Origin: Tubulanus polymorphus
Lineage: Eukaryota > Animalia > Nemertea
NCBI RefSeq assembly: GCF_964204645.1
Contig: NC_134030.1
Location: 15,314,110 to 15,378,109 of the forward strand
Length of the DNA: 64,000 nucleotides
Direction: 5' to 3'
Below the pieces are notes generated by a model that was given only the letters and a program-made list of their open reading frames with translations, searched no databases and was not told where the DNA came from. Position numbers and translations under genes: made by a program. Below, one piece after another: positions 53,501-64,000 of the stretch. Numbering within the stretch: the first letter of the stretch is position 1; every line of letters starts with the position of its first letter.

Positions 53501-54578
53501 TTATTCTTTTAATTTTGCTAGATAAAATCCATTCATTAAATTTATCATCGTATCCTTTATATTTAACCAAAGAATACTTTTTTCCTTTAAGAGATTTTGT
53601 TTTCAATACTTTTTCTATTTTGTATTCTATTTCATCTGGGTTTGGTACAAGTGATAATTCTTGTTCATAGAAATAACCTAATATTTCTTCATCTTTTAGA
53701 TCTTCTAATTTATAAACAAAAGGTTTAGTTAATATTATCTTTTTAATTTTAAATATTTCTTCAGTAAAATTTGGGGTATAACCTTTATAAAAGGGTTTTC
53801 TATATTTAGATATTCTTACGTGTTGTCCAATTTTTAATCTAGGTTCACCGAAAGCATGTGTAACAAACGCACCATATAAATTATTCCAAACTATTTCTGA
53901 ATTATCTTCTTTTCTAGCTTGTATAGGTTTCATATTTATAGAACTATGTTTAGAATTATTATAACCTTTCACCAAATCATCTAACACATCGATATATTTA
54001 TATGTTTCATTAGCAGTAAAATATTTCCACATTCTAGTTTTCAATGTTTTATTAAATCTTTCTATAATAGATGCTTTTTTATCTGAGTGTGTTGAAAAAT
54101 ATTTTACATCGTTATCAGATAATAGTTTTTTGAAATGTTTGTTATAAAATTCCTTACCTTCATCAAATTGTATCTTATCTGGAATAGCTTCTTTAAATAT
54201 AGATTTAAAAGCATTTGTTACTTCTATTCCAGTTTTATTTTTGATTGGAATTGACCATGCGTATCGACTGAATATGTCTATAACATTCAGTATCCAGAAA
54301 TATCCTTTGTTGTATTCTTCTAAGTTCTTCATGTCAATTAAATCTGCTTGCCATTGTTGATCGATATATGAAACCATAACTTTTCTTGTTAAATAAGTTT
54401 TATCCATTTTCTTGTGGATTTGATATGTTGGTTGATTTTGTAACCATGATTTTAATTCACTATATTTTATATTGCTATTATCAGATTTAATTTTATTCCA
54501 TAATTCTGAAACGTTAGAATATGATACTTCACTCTCTGGGTTATAATATAAATCTCTAAGATATTGTTCTTTTTTCAT
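53493..54578 (-). CDS. Retroviral-like (RVE) integrase with C-terminal chromodomain
   Basis: WQADLID, IQFDEGKEF, IIERFNKTLK (DDE triad); YKIEKVL...VKYKGYDDKFNEWI chromodomain. Confidence 0.95.
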   Translation of the reverse strand: MKKEQYLRDLYYNPESEVSYSNVSELWNKIKSDNSNIKYSELKSWLQNQPTYQIHKKMDKTYLTRKVMVSYIDQQWQADLIDMKNLEEYNKGYFWILNVIDIFSRYAWSIPIKNKTGIEVTNAFKSIFKEAIPDKIQFDEGKEFYNKHFKKLLSDNDVKYFSTHSDKKASIIERFNKTLKTRMWKYFTANETYKYIDVLDDLVKGYNNSKHSSINMKPIQARKEDNSEIVWNNLYGAFVTHAFGEPRLKIGQHVRISKYRKPFYKGYTPNFTEEIFKIKKIILTKPFVYKLEDLKDEEILGYFYEQELSLVPNPDEIEYKIEKVLKTKSLKGKKYSLVKYKGYDDKFNEWILSSKIKRINE

Positions 54579-54752
54579 CTTCTTTTAATCCATTAATAAT
54601 AATTTAGAATTAGTTTCAATGGTTTTATGATTTGACTTATTCTGGTATAATAGGTTTACTGTCCGGATAACTAAGTTTCCGATTATAATTGGAATCATTA
54701 TTGTTATAATCAGATTTATACTTATATTTATATATTACACCGGATAATATAA

Positions 54753-54983
54753 TTATAATAATATAATAACTGTTACTAATCCAATTGTAATATATAATTT
54801 ATAATTACTTCCAGCATTAGAAGAATCAGATGGATTATTATTTGAATCAATATCAGATAATTCATTTATATCGGTTAATTTCTTTTTCTTAGCTTTTTTT
54901 AATTCTGAGGATCTTTTACCTAATTCTCTTGCCCATTTAATTTGTTTCTCGGATCTAGCCTTTTTCTTAACGCTATCACTCAT
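54753..54983 (-). CDS. 76-aa basic protein with C-terminal hydrophobic tail
   Basis: TAAATG start, Lys-rich N-terminus, LYITIGLVTVIILL. Confidence 0.6.
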   Translation of the reverse strand: MSDSVKKKARSEKQIKWARELGKRSSELKKAKKKKLTDINELSDIDSNNNPSDSSNAGSNYKLYITIGLVTVIILL

Positions 54984-55578
54984 TTATTTTACTTAATTTT
55001 TGTCTTGATTCATTTTCTGTTTCGACGTTTGGTTGTAGTACATCTGTTTCGTTCTTACCTGATTTATATTCCATAGGCTTGATGTTCGAAAATGTTATGA
55101 CGCCAGTAGAAATTAATGTCATAACCGATCCTAATTGAAATGAAGCATAACCAACCCATTTTTTTAATTCAGTCATAACTAAGTAGTCATTTTTTAAATC
55201 ACTATATAATTTATTTTCATCATCAATTGGTATTAACTGGTTACATAACTTAGAGTAACATTTGACAATACCATCTGAAATAGAATCATTTATTCGGGCT
55301 AATCTAGCTTCTTCATAAATCTTAAAATATTTTATTACTTTATCTGGTTTCATAGAGTCTAGTTCTTGAAAAGTAATGATTCTATTTAAAAACTCCTTAG
55401 TTTTTCCACCGGCAATCAATAGTTCTAGATGATGCTTACAATATAAATAGTATTCATAATCTATATTACAATTAACTTGAGCACAATTGGTTACAACTGT
55501 ATCTTTATTATCACTTATACCCAAATCATCTAATGTCTTTTCAATATCAATACTATTCTTATTAGATTTCTTTGACAT
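54976..55578 (-). CDS. 200-aa unknown protein
   Basis: Intact ORF with T-run/TAAATG start; overlaps the next gene. Confidence 0.7.
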   Translation of the reverse strand: MSKKSNKNSIDIEKTLDDLGISDNKDTVVTNCAQVNCNIDYEYYLYCKHHLELLIAGGKTKEFLNRIITFQELDSMKPDKVIKYFKIYEEARLARINDSISDGIVKCYSKLCNQLIPIDDENKLYSDLKNDYLVMTELKKWVGYASFQLGSVMTLISTGVITFSNIKPMEYKSGKNETDVLQPNVETENESRQKLSKINE

Positions 55579-55979
55579 TTATATTAGAGAAAAAAAGCAA
55601 AAAAATATTATAAGTATTCTTCAAATGATACTAGTATCTCTTTAGGTTAATACTAAATTGACTAGGTTAGTTAAAGTTAAAGAATTTCTATTCAAAATCT
55701 ATTCAATCTAATGTCAATTAGAATTACCAAAAGAAAATATTAAAAATATAATAGAATTCACTAGCTAGTTGAAGTTATTGTTTTTTTATTATATTTTATT
55801 TAAATTAGGATTTAGATTATCTCACTACTATTGTTTATCTATAGGAGCAGTAACTATAACTGTCCAGATAAGTCATTTCGGATTCTCGATAATAAATCCT
55901 AAAACTGAAAATAAATTCAAAGAAACGACTGGTGGAAATATTATTTCATAAACACATATATTTATTATGTAAATTTTAG

Positions 55980-56332
55980 CGATCGATAATAGAACAATGG
56001 AGAACAATAGAAATGCGGTCCAATCGGACCAGTTATTGCGCAATACACAGTTATATTTTTATTCTGTAAACTACAACATTCAAACATAGAACTGTAACCA
56101 ATCAATATTGAGCAGCTGTTTCAGTCAACAACGATCAATAGTAGAACAACGGAGAACAATAGAAAAGCGGTTCAATCGGACCGGTTATTGCGCAATACAC
56201 AGTTAACAGTAAACAATCAATACAGAACAACCGCCGCCATTAACAACGATCAATAATAGAACAATGGAGAACAATAGAAAAGCGGTTCAATCGGACCGGT
56301 TATTGCGCAATACTTAGTTAACAGTAAACAAT
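55980..56332. promoter_or_regulatory. Three-copy direct-repeat array (about 75-90-bp core), candidate enhancer or origin
   Basis: Each unit carries AGAACAA(T/C)GG-AGAACAATAG and the palindrome TATTGCGCAATA. The repeat is seen directly; the function is inferred. Confidence 0.6.
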
Positions 56333-56409
56333 ACAATATTAAAACAGATATATACAATCGAGATTACATTTTTGATATCTATATTACAAAGACCTTCAGT
56401 GTTATAATT

Positions 56410-57132
56410 TATAATTTTGTCCAGAATTCTTTAATTACTGGATTGTTTCCAATCATTTCTTCAATTTCTGGTAAATATCTGACTACTTCACTAAATGCTA
56501 ATCCTAATATTTTGAATTTTTCATATTTTATTAATCTACTACCCTTCTCAGTTTTCTTTCAAAACCGGCACTGATATCTATGTTCTTTTTAACCCACAGC
56601 CCCCAAGAAATCCCCTCAGTTTCTTTATCAAACATTGAAAACCCTATATTTAGATAACCCCCGAAAATGATGTGGTCCCATAGGTGATTTGCTTTTCTAT
56701 TTAATATGGTGTTATAACTTTTTTTTAAGATATCAGTAATTTCAGCAAATGAAATAACTTCTACACTTTGTATTTCCGGAAAGTTTAAATGTTCTGTGTC
56801 AATGATTAATTTAGATTTTAAAAACTCGTTCAACTCTTCTCCACTCATTTTCTTAGTTTTCGATTCTTTGAGCCCCAACAGCAATTTGAGTCGCGTTGCT
56901 GGTAATTTTGGTAATTGTAGTTCGCGCGGTAATTGTTTATAATGTATTACATCACTCAGAATTTTCACCATTTCTTGATGATAGTCCAAATGTTCTTGTA
57001 ATTTTTGTGAAGTTTGTTCGTCAATTACGAGAGTTTCATCCTCCATTTCTATTGATTCCTGAGTTTCACTATCCAGCAGCAATCGTTCTCATCCGTTGGT
57101 TGGCTTAGAATTGGTTGATCTTTGTGTTCCAT
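56410..57132 (-). pseudogene. Unknown protein (core ORF 56531-57082, probably frameshifted at both ends)
   Basis: TAAAATG start at 57132; coding-like continuation to about 56410. Confidence 0.55.
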
Positions 57133-57553
57133 TTTAATCTAAAAGATATCGTGAAAATGAATTACTGTACTTAAATATGTTTAAAGGTTTCCCTACTTCA
57201 TAATAACTACAAAAAACGGTACTTACATTTAGATTTAGAACTGTAAACTGTGTTTTGAGAGAGAATATCCAATACGTACTATGTATGTGAAAGTTGATTT
57301 CTAACTGCCGACGTGGCGCACGTTCGACCAAACTAATTACTTCTGCATGTTTGCATGGATTGTAACAGATGTTCCTTTGTGATGTAATTGATTAATCCTT
57401 TTCAACTGAAATAGCACATTCGATCAATATTCAAATGAGGTGCGCCCCATTCAACTGAATATGAAGTACGGCACAGATGTTTTTGTAAACAACCTAATAC
57501 AATTACATATAGGCGGTTTGACATAGATCGAGAGTAACCGGTTTTCTAAGCGT

Positions 57554-58204
57554 TTAACATTCAACGTATTTTTCATTATGTGTTGAGTTCCATAATTCAA
57601 CAAATGTCTTTGCTTTATGCAGTTGATCTAAATATAACTGTATATCTAGTTTATTAGATTTAATTATATTTTCTTTCTTTTCAAGAGGCCTTAAATTTCT
57701 CCAACCCCAAATAAGTTTTTTATTGTATTCATCATTCATGTTAAATTTAGAAATCGGCAACACATGATCAATATGAAAGTATTCACCATAATTATCTATA
57801 TTCATTTTATCGTCGAATTGATATATTATCCATGATTTTAAGAATTCATCTGAACAACCCAATAAATTAGATAGTGTTTTTGAATGCGTTTCTTTGTTGA
57901 ATAATTGTGTTAATCTAGATCTTAAACACTGTTTCAATCTAAAATTAAGATCTGTTTGATATCTTTCTCTCATATATTCTGCCATATAATAATTATAATG
58001 TTCTATATTATCTTCTCGGTATTGTTTGGTATATAGTTTAGTGCAAGTTTTACAACAATATTGAAAACCATCTTTGCTAATCTTACGCTTACTAAATTCT
58101 GTTAATGATTTATCTAATTCACATTTAGAACACTTCTTGTAGTATATGTTTATAACGCCAGTGTTATTTGTAATATTGATAATTTGTGGTTGTTCTGGTT
58201 CCAT
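57554..58204 (-). CDS. HNH endonuclease with N-terminal Cys4 zinc ribbon
   Basis: CSKC..CKTC; FHIDHVLPISKF...NLRPLEKKENIIKSNK. Confidence 0.85.
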   Translation of the reverse strand: MEPEQPQIINITNNTGVINIYYKKCSKCELDKSLTEFSKRKISKDGFQYCCKTCTKLYTKQYREDNIEHYNYYMAEYMRERYQTDLNFRLKQCLRSRLTQLFNKETHSKTLSNLLGCSDEFLKSWIIYQFDDKMNIDNYGEYFHIDHVLPISKFNMNDEYNKKLIWGWRNLRPLEKKENIIKSNKLDIQLYLDQLHKAKTFVELWNSTHNEKYVEC

Positions 58205-58283
58205 TTATTATACCTATTTTTTTACTAAATTGGTTAATAATTTTAGAATCCTCTTCCATTTCTTCGACCAACGTCATCCTTTT

Positions 58284-58535
58284 TCATTCCTCGCTGCTTT
58301 TGATAAGTTGTTTCGATTCCTTGATATCAAATTCCTCAACGTATTGTTCATTATTTGGATCATTATTCCATAATTCAATAAATTTCTTTCCCTTTGTTAA
58401 CTGTTCTGAATATAACTGTAAATATTCTAGTTTCAATTTATTCTCTAAATGTGTTTTAGTTTTATTGTGTCTTGCTTTTTGGGATTTATCTATGTTGATA
58501 TTACATGTTGGACAGTAGTACTTATTTGCTTCCAT
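58284..58535 (-). CDS. TIR-borne duplicate of the pPolB N-terminal zinc finger fused to an HNH-like tail
   Basis: First 38 aa are identical to the start of the 41014 ORF. Confidence 0.65.
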   Translation of the reverse strand: MEANKYYCPTCNINIDKSQKARHNKTKTHLENKLKLEYLQLYSEQLTKGKKFIELWNNDPNNEQYVEEFDIKESKQLIKSSEE

Positions 58536-58946
58536 TTTAATACTAAATTTTTTATTAAAATTGATTTTAGAAGTTCAATGATTTAAATGTTATTCATTTA
58601 TATGAATATTGTAAGAGTAATAGGGGTAATGGGCTTTCATATCAAAGGTTGAATGGTCGAGCCCATTAAAAAACAAAACATTAAAAGTAATTAAAAACTA
58701 TAATATATTTTCATAACCGCGTGCATTTCAGTTGAATAATAGAATAATTATTATTATTTGAATATATTTGATTATATGAATTTGTGTATTGTAAATTATT
58801 GATATCTTGGAATAGATATTTAGTTTTAATATAAAATGCACGCGGTTATGAAAATATATTATAGTTTTTAATTACTTTTAATGTTTTGTTTTTTAATGGG
58901 CTCGACCGTTCGACCTTTGGTATGAAAGCCCATTACCCCTATTACT
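58422..58946 (-). repeat. Right TIR of copy C (58616-58946 self-palindromic)
   Basis: Reverse complement of the left TIR. Confidence 0.96.
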
Positions 58947-61900
58947 AACACTACCCAAATAATGATGATTTCCAATTAATGAGATATAAAGGCGCAATTC
59001 CATATTCTTTCTATAAAAATCATAATGATTTTAACATAACTGAATTATTGAAAGAACAATTCTATGATGAATTAAAAAATGAATATGTTAAGGATGAAGT
59101 ATATAATAGAACATTGAATATTTGGAATCATTTCAAAATAGAAAATCATGGACAATTAGTAGATTCATATCTAAAATCAGATGTTTTATTATTAACCGAT
59201 ATATTCGAAAGGTTTAGAGATGTAAACCTAAAATATTTCAATATTGATCCTTGTCATTGTTATTCTAGTCCAGGTTTAACATGGGATTGTGGATTAAAAT
59301 TTACAGATATAAAAATGGATTTGTTAACAAATATAGATCAATTATTATTATTTGAAAAAATCTATAAGAGGAGGAGTTTCAGGTGTATTAGGGGATAGAT
59401 ATTTCAATGTAATTGATAACCCTGCATATAAATTATTATATATAGATGCAAATAATTTGTATGGTTGGGCAATGATGGAACCACAACCTTATGGAGTATT
59501 TGAAATAAGTGAAGTTTCACAACATGAAAATAATGATAAATTTGATTGGAAGAAAAGAATCCTAGATATCGCAGATGATTCAGGTACTGGTTACTTCTTT
59601 ATTGTAGATTTTGAATATCCTGAACATATTAAATTCAAATCTAGAAATCTAGCATACTGTCCAGAACATAAAACTGTAACTCATGAAGAATTATCAAATT
59701 ATCAAAAAAGAATTAAACCCGAAAATCATATTCATACAGGAAAGTTAATGGTAACTCAAGAAGATAAATATAATTATGTAGTACATTATAGAATGTTAAA
59801 GTTTTATCTAAAACAAGGAATGATCCTAAAAAAAGTACATAGTTATATTTCATTTAGTCAATCTAAGTGGTTAGAAAAATATATAGATTTTAACACCAAA
59901 CAGGGAACTGAAGCTAAAACTGATTTTGAGAAAGATTTCTTCAAACTAATGAACAATGCATTCTATGGTAAGACTTGTGAAAATATTAGAAATAGAAATG
60001 ATATTGAGTTAGTTAGTAATGGTAAAAGGATAAGGCATTTACAATCATATCCTAAGTTTTTAGTTAACAGAATATTTGATGAAAATTTAGCTGCAGTTAA
60101 GATGAGAAGAACATCAATTAAATTTAATAAACCAATCTATGTTGGTGCTTCAGTTTTAGAATTATCAAAATTACTAATGTATGAATTCTATTATAATGTA
60201 TTACAACCACTTTTTGGAGAAAAACATTTAGAAATCTTATATTTTGATTACTGACAGTTACATATTAAAGATAAAAACTAATAACATAACAGATGATTTA
60301 TAAACATTAAAACATCATTTTGATTTCAGTAATTATCCTAAAAATCATGAATTGTTTAGCAATGATAATAAAAAAGTTCCTGGTAAATTCAAAGATGAAT
60401 TAGGTGGCGAAGAAATGATTGAATTCATTGGTATTAGATCTAAAATGTATTCATATAAAACTAAAGAACATGAAGCTAAAAAGTTAAAAGGAATAACCAA
60501 AAGTGTAGTAGAAAAGAATATTCATTTCAAAGATTACATCAATTGTATATTCAATGAAGAAGTTAGAAAACATAAGATGATATGTTTAAGATCTGAAGAT
60601 CATGAAATGTTTATTGAAGAAATTGAAAAGATAAGTCTAAACCCATTTGATGATATAAGATATATTTTAGATGATGGAATTCATACAGTTGCTTATGGTT
60701 GTAATTAAGATGAATACTTAAAATTTAAAAGAGAAGAAACAAAAGAGAACGAGATAATGAAAAGAATTCTAACGTGTTAATCAAATTTTAATAAAAATAT
60801 GTATTATAAATGGAGAGTAAACAAGCGCACAGTGAGAACAACAAATTATTTCTAGATAGAATAAAAGATACTTCAATTGTCAAATCAGTAGATTATAAAT
60901 TTAAGAAGTAAAAAGAATTAATAATCCATAAGAAATATCTTATTACAAATATTGATACAGTTACTAACAAATATGGACATAAATTAGTTACACACTTAGA
61001 ATATGAAGGATTAAAAGGAAATACATATAAATTCAGAACATATTTACCGGATAGATTTCATAGATTATCAAGTGAAGACCTAGAAGAATTATGTTCTGGT
61101 GATTTCTATTTCGTATATAAGGGTAAGAATGAAAAAGGGCACCATGAAATAGATTTCGAATAAGAAAATATGTAAAATAAATGGTAGAATTAAAAGAATA
61201 CAGAATATTTGTTGATTCTAGAAGACTTACAAATTTTAAATCACATAATTTACTAGTACAATTAGTTAGATAATTCAAGAATTGTGTTGATTTAAAATTA
61301 GTTAACATAAGTCTATGTAATTCTTTTTATAATATATCGGATAAAACTTCTGAACATAGAGGGTTTATGATTTATATGAGAAATAAAGATAAATGGTTTC
61401 ATATATTTTTAAAACCAGGATTATATAATTTAGAATCATTAGCGCAGGAAATTAATAGAAGAGCTCGGTTGAAAATCGGGGGCACTTCTGTATTTGAAAT
61501 AAAATTGATAGTACTAATAAAATTAGAATAAAGATATCTAATGAACAACATAAATTTTTGGTAAACAAACCACTGGCTAAAATGTTAGGAATTAAAGCGC
61601 TTACAGTTACTGGAAACGGAGAAGGCAGCTCAAATATAATACCTTTTACACACTTTTATATTTATTGCAATTTAATCGAGCCTTCAAAAACTTTCGAAGC
61701 AACTAAAGAAACAATTTGTAGTTCTAGTATACTAAATATTTTACCGCTAAAAAATTTTAAACAATTTGGAACACAAATAAATTATAATTTAACAGAATGT
61801 GATTTTAAACCTTGCATTCCTAAATTTAATAATTTTAAATTAGAAATAAGAAATCATAATGGATATTTAATTGATTTGAATAACTTTCCTGTGATATATG

Positions 61901-63092
61901 AATTAGTTGTAAGATGTAGAGAGTAATTTTTCATTATATAAATGAATATAACTGTTGGACCGAGTATATGTGTTGGGTTTGATTTTAAACATGAGAAAGA
62001 AATGAAATTTAACATTAATGATGTAATTATACATATTAAAAATATTGCATTTTCTAATGAAACAACATTTGAGTATGAAACAACAATAGATAAAGAAACT
62101 TTAAATGTAGAAAAGATTACTAATTTAATAAGAGAATCTTTAGGATTTTATGAATTAGATGAAGATTTTATCATAGATGATATTAAAAACATATTAACCA
62201 AAATATATGATAATCAGTAATGAAAAGTAGTAATGAAATAAATGTTGAATTAATCATCACTAAGATAACTAAATATTTTGAAGATAGTAATTTTTTTGAT
62301 AAATAAATGAGTGATAATAAGTTGATAATAACTGGATTATATAATGGAGCATTACTATCAGTTGGAACTGTTGGTTATTCAATGGTATTAAAAAAGGTAT
62401 TTAAAATGGGAAGTGTTAATGTTGATAGATTTGATATCAATGATATTTTAAAATTAACAGCAGTAACTAATCTAATTTAACAATTGATTATTTAGAAAAA
62501 CAAAAATATATTCCTCCCATATAAATGTTTAATTATTTTACTAAATAAATGGCTTCTGCAGTTATAACTATTATAGGATCGGCAATTGTTAACGCTTTAG
62601 CATTTACTGGGGACGGCTATTTATTTAAACATATTGATAAAAATGGTTCATTATCAGAACAAAAAAGACATAATTTAGTATTAGAGAAATACAATAAAGC
62701 AGCAGAAGAATATAGAGAAAAGAGACAAAACTATGTGGATTATATTAACAAGGAATTATATGATCAGAAGATTTCACACAGAGATTTTCAATCAGTTGAT
62801 GATGCAATGAGTTTATATAACGCGGTAACAAATAAAGAAAAATTACATCTACATAAACCTACAATATCAGATTATTATACCCCAAGTAATGAACAGAAGA
62901 AATATGAAATAATTTGGATTTTAGGGGGAACAGTTATTGTTATATTTGTTGCTTATAAATTTACTAATTAGTAATTTTTTTTGCTAAATAAATGGAAGAT
63001 AAAGTTGATAATATTGATATTATTCCTCATGATATCAGTAAAACTAAATTAGAAATATATTTAGAAAAACAAATATTAGAATTTGAAAGTGA
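58947..63092 (+). mobile_element. Polinton copy B, right portion (pPolB 3' half to 60780, then downstream genes)
   Basis: Resumes exactly where 40603 stopped; colinear with about 43211-47350; multiple lesions. Confidence 0.93.
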
Positions 63093-64000
63093 AATGTTAA
63101 ACAATTTGGAACTCAAATAAATTATAATTTAACAGAATGTGATTTTAAACCTTGCATTCCTAAATTTAATAATTTTAAGTTAGAAGTAAGAAATCATAAT
63201 GGATACTTAATTGATTTAAATAACTTTCCTGTGATATATGAATTAGTTATAAGATGTAGAGAGTAATTTTTTCATTATATAAATGAATATAACTGTTGGA
63301 TCGAGTATATGTTTTGGGTTTGATTTTAAACATGAGAAAGAAATGAAATTTAACATTAATGATGTAATTACACATATTAAAAATATTGCATTTTCTAATG
63401 AAACAACATTTGAGTATGAAACAACAATAGATAAAGAAACTTTAAATGTAGAAAAGATTACTAATTTAATTAGAGAATCTTTGAGATTTTATGAATTAGA
63501 TGAAGATTTTATCATCGATGATATTAAAAAAATGATAATTGAAATATATACCAATGAAACTAGTAATGAAATAAATGTTGAATTAATCATAAATAAGATA
63601 ACTAAATATTTTGAAGATAGTAATTTTTTTGATAAATAAATGAGTGATAATAAGTGGATACTAACTGGATTATATAATGGAGCATTACTATCAGTTGGAA
63701 CTGTTGGTTATTCAATGGTATTGAAAAAAGTATTTAAAATGGGAAGTGTTAATGTTGATAGATTTGATATAAATGATATCTTAAAATTAACATTAGCAGT
63801 TACTTTATCTAATTTAACTATTGATTATATGGAAAAACAAACATATATTCCTCCCATATAAATGCGTAATTATTTTTCTAAATAAATGGCTTCTGCAATT
63901 ATAACTATTATAGGATCGGCAATTGTTAACGCTTTAGCATTTACTGGTGGTGGATATTTATTTAAGCATATTGATAAAAATGGATCATTAACAGAACAAA
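63092..64000 (+). mobile_element. Polinton segment D (restart inside the penton gene; runs off the window)
   Basis: Homology jumps back to about 46017 (AAATGTTAAACAATTTGG). ORFs 63283-63639 and 63640-63861 are intact. Confidence 0.9.

Larger units (their letters stand above)
40604..58946 (+). mobile_element. Full-length Polinton/Maverick-like endogenous virus, copy C
   Basis: AG...CT termini; TIRs 40604-41127 and 58422-58946; TSD AACACT at 40598-40603 and 58947-58952; pPolB, integrase, ATPase and two capsid genes. Confidence 0.97.

Noticed and set aside
55980-56332. CRISPR-like repeat-spacer array
   Set aside because: Only three long degenerate units, unequal spacers that partly resemble each other, no cas genes, eukaryotic context.
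58616-58946. Flip/flop isomers between the two ends of copy C
   Set aside because: The spacer has the same orientation relative to the terminus at both ends.
24568-64000. Bacterial prophage or contaminant contig
   Set aside because: It is contiguous with a spliced animal gene, interrupted by eukaryotic transposons, and has a 6-bp TSD and a chromodomain integrase.

Overview
Animal (probably invertebrate) nuclear DNA. Positions 1-24.5 kb are repeat-rich host sequence. They hold five 3' exons of a mitochondrial ribosomal protein L39 (MRPL39-like) gene, MITEs, Helentron-type elements, Penelope pLTRs with hammerhead-like motifs and a DIRS-like gag remnant. From 24,568 to the end lies a nested, rearranged cluster of at least four segments (A-D) of one very AT-rich Polinton/Maverick-like endogenous virus. 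Copy C (40,604-58,946, about 18.3 kb) is full length. It has AG...CT ends, about 525-bp TIRs and a 6-bp TSD (AACACT), and it sits inside the polymerase gene of copy B. It encodes pPolB (TP/vOTU/EndoVII-type), penton, major capsid, A32-like ATPase, RVE integrase with chromodomain, an HNH nuclease and many membrane proteins, but no recognisable adenain protease. Three features stand out. (1) Each TIR begins with its own long fold-back palindrome, whose structure but not inner sequence is conserved between copies. (2) Most genes start in a T-run/spacer/TAAATG motif like a poxvirus late promoter, suggesting dependence on a helper large DNA virus. (3) An internal repeat array carries SOX-like and C/EBP-like sites. 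All family calls come from motif recognition by eye; no database search was run.
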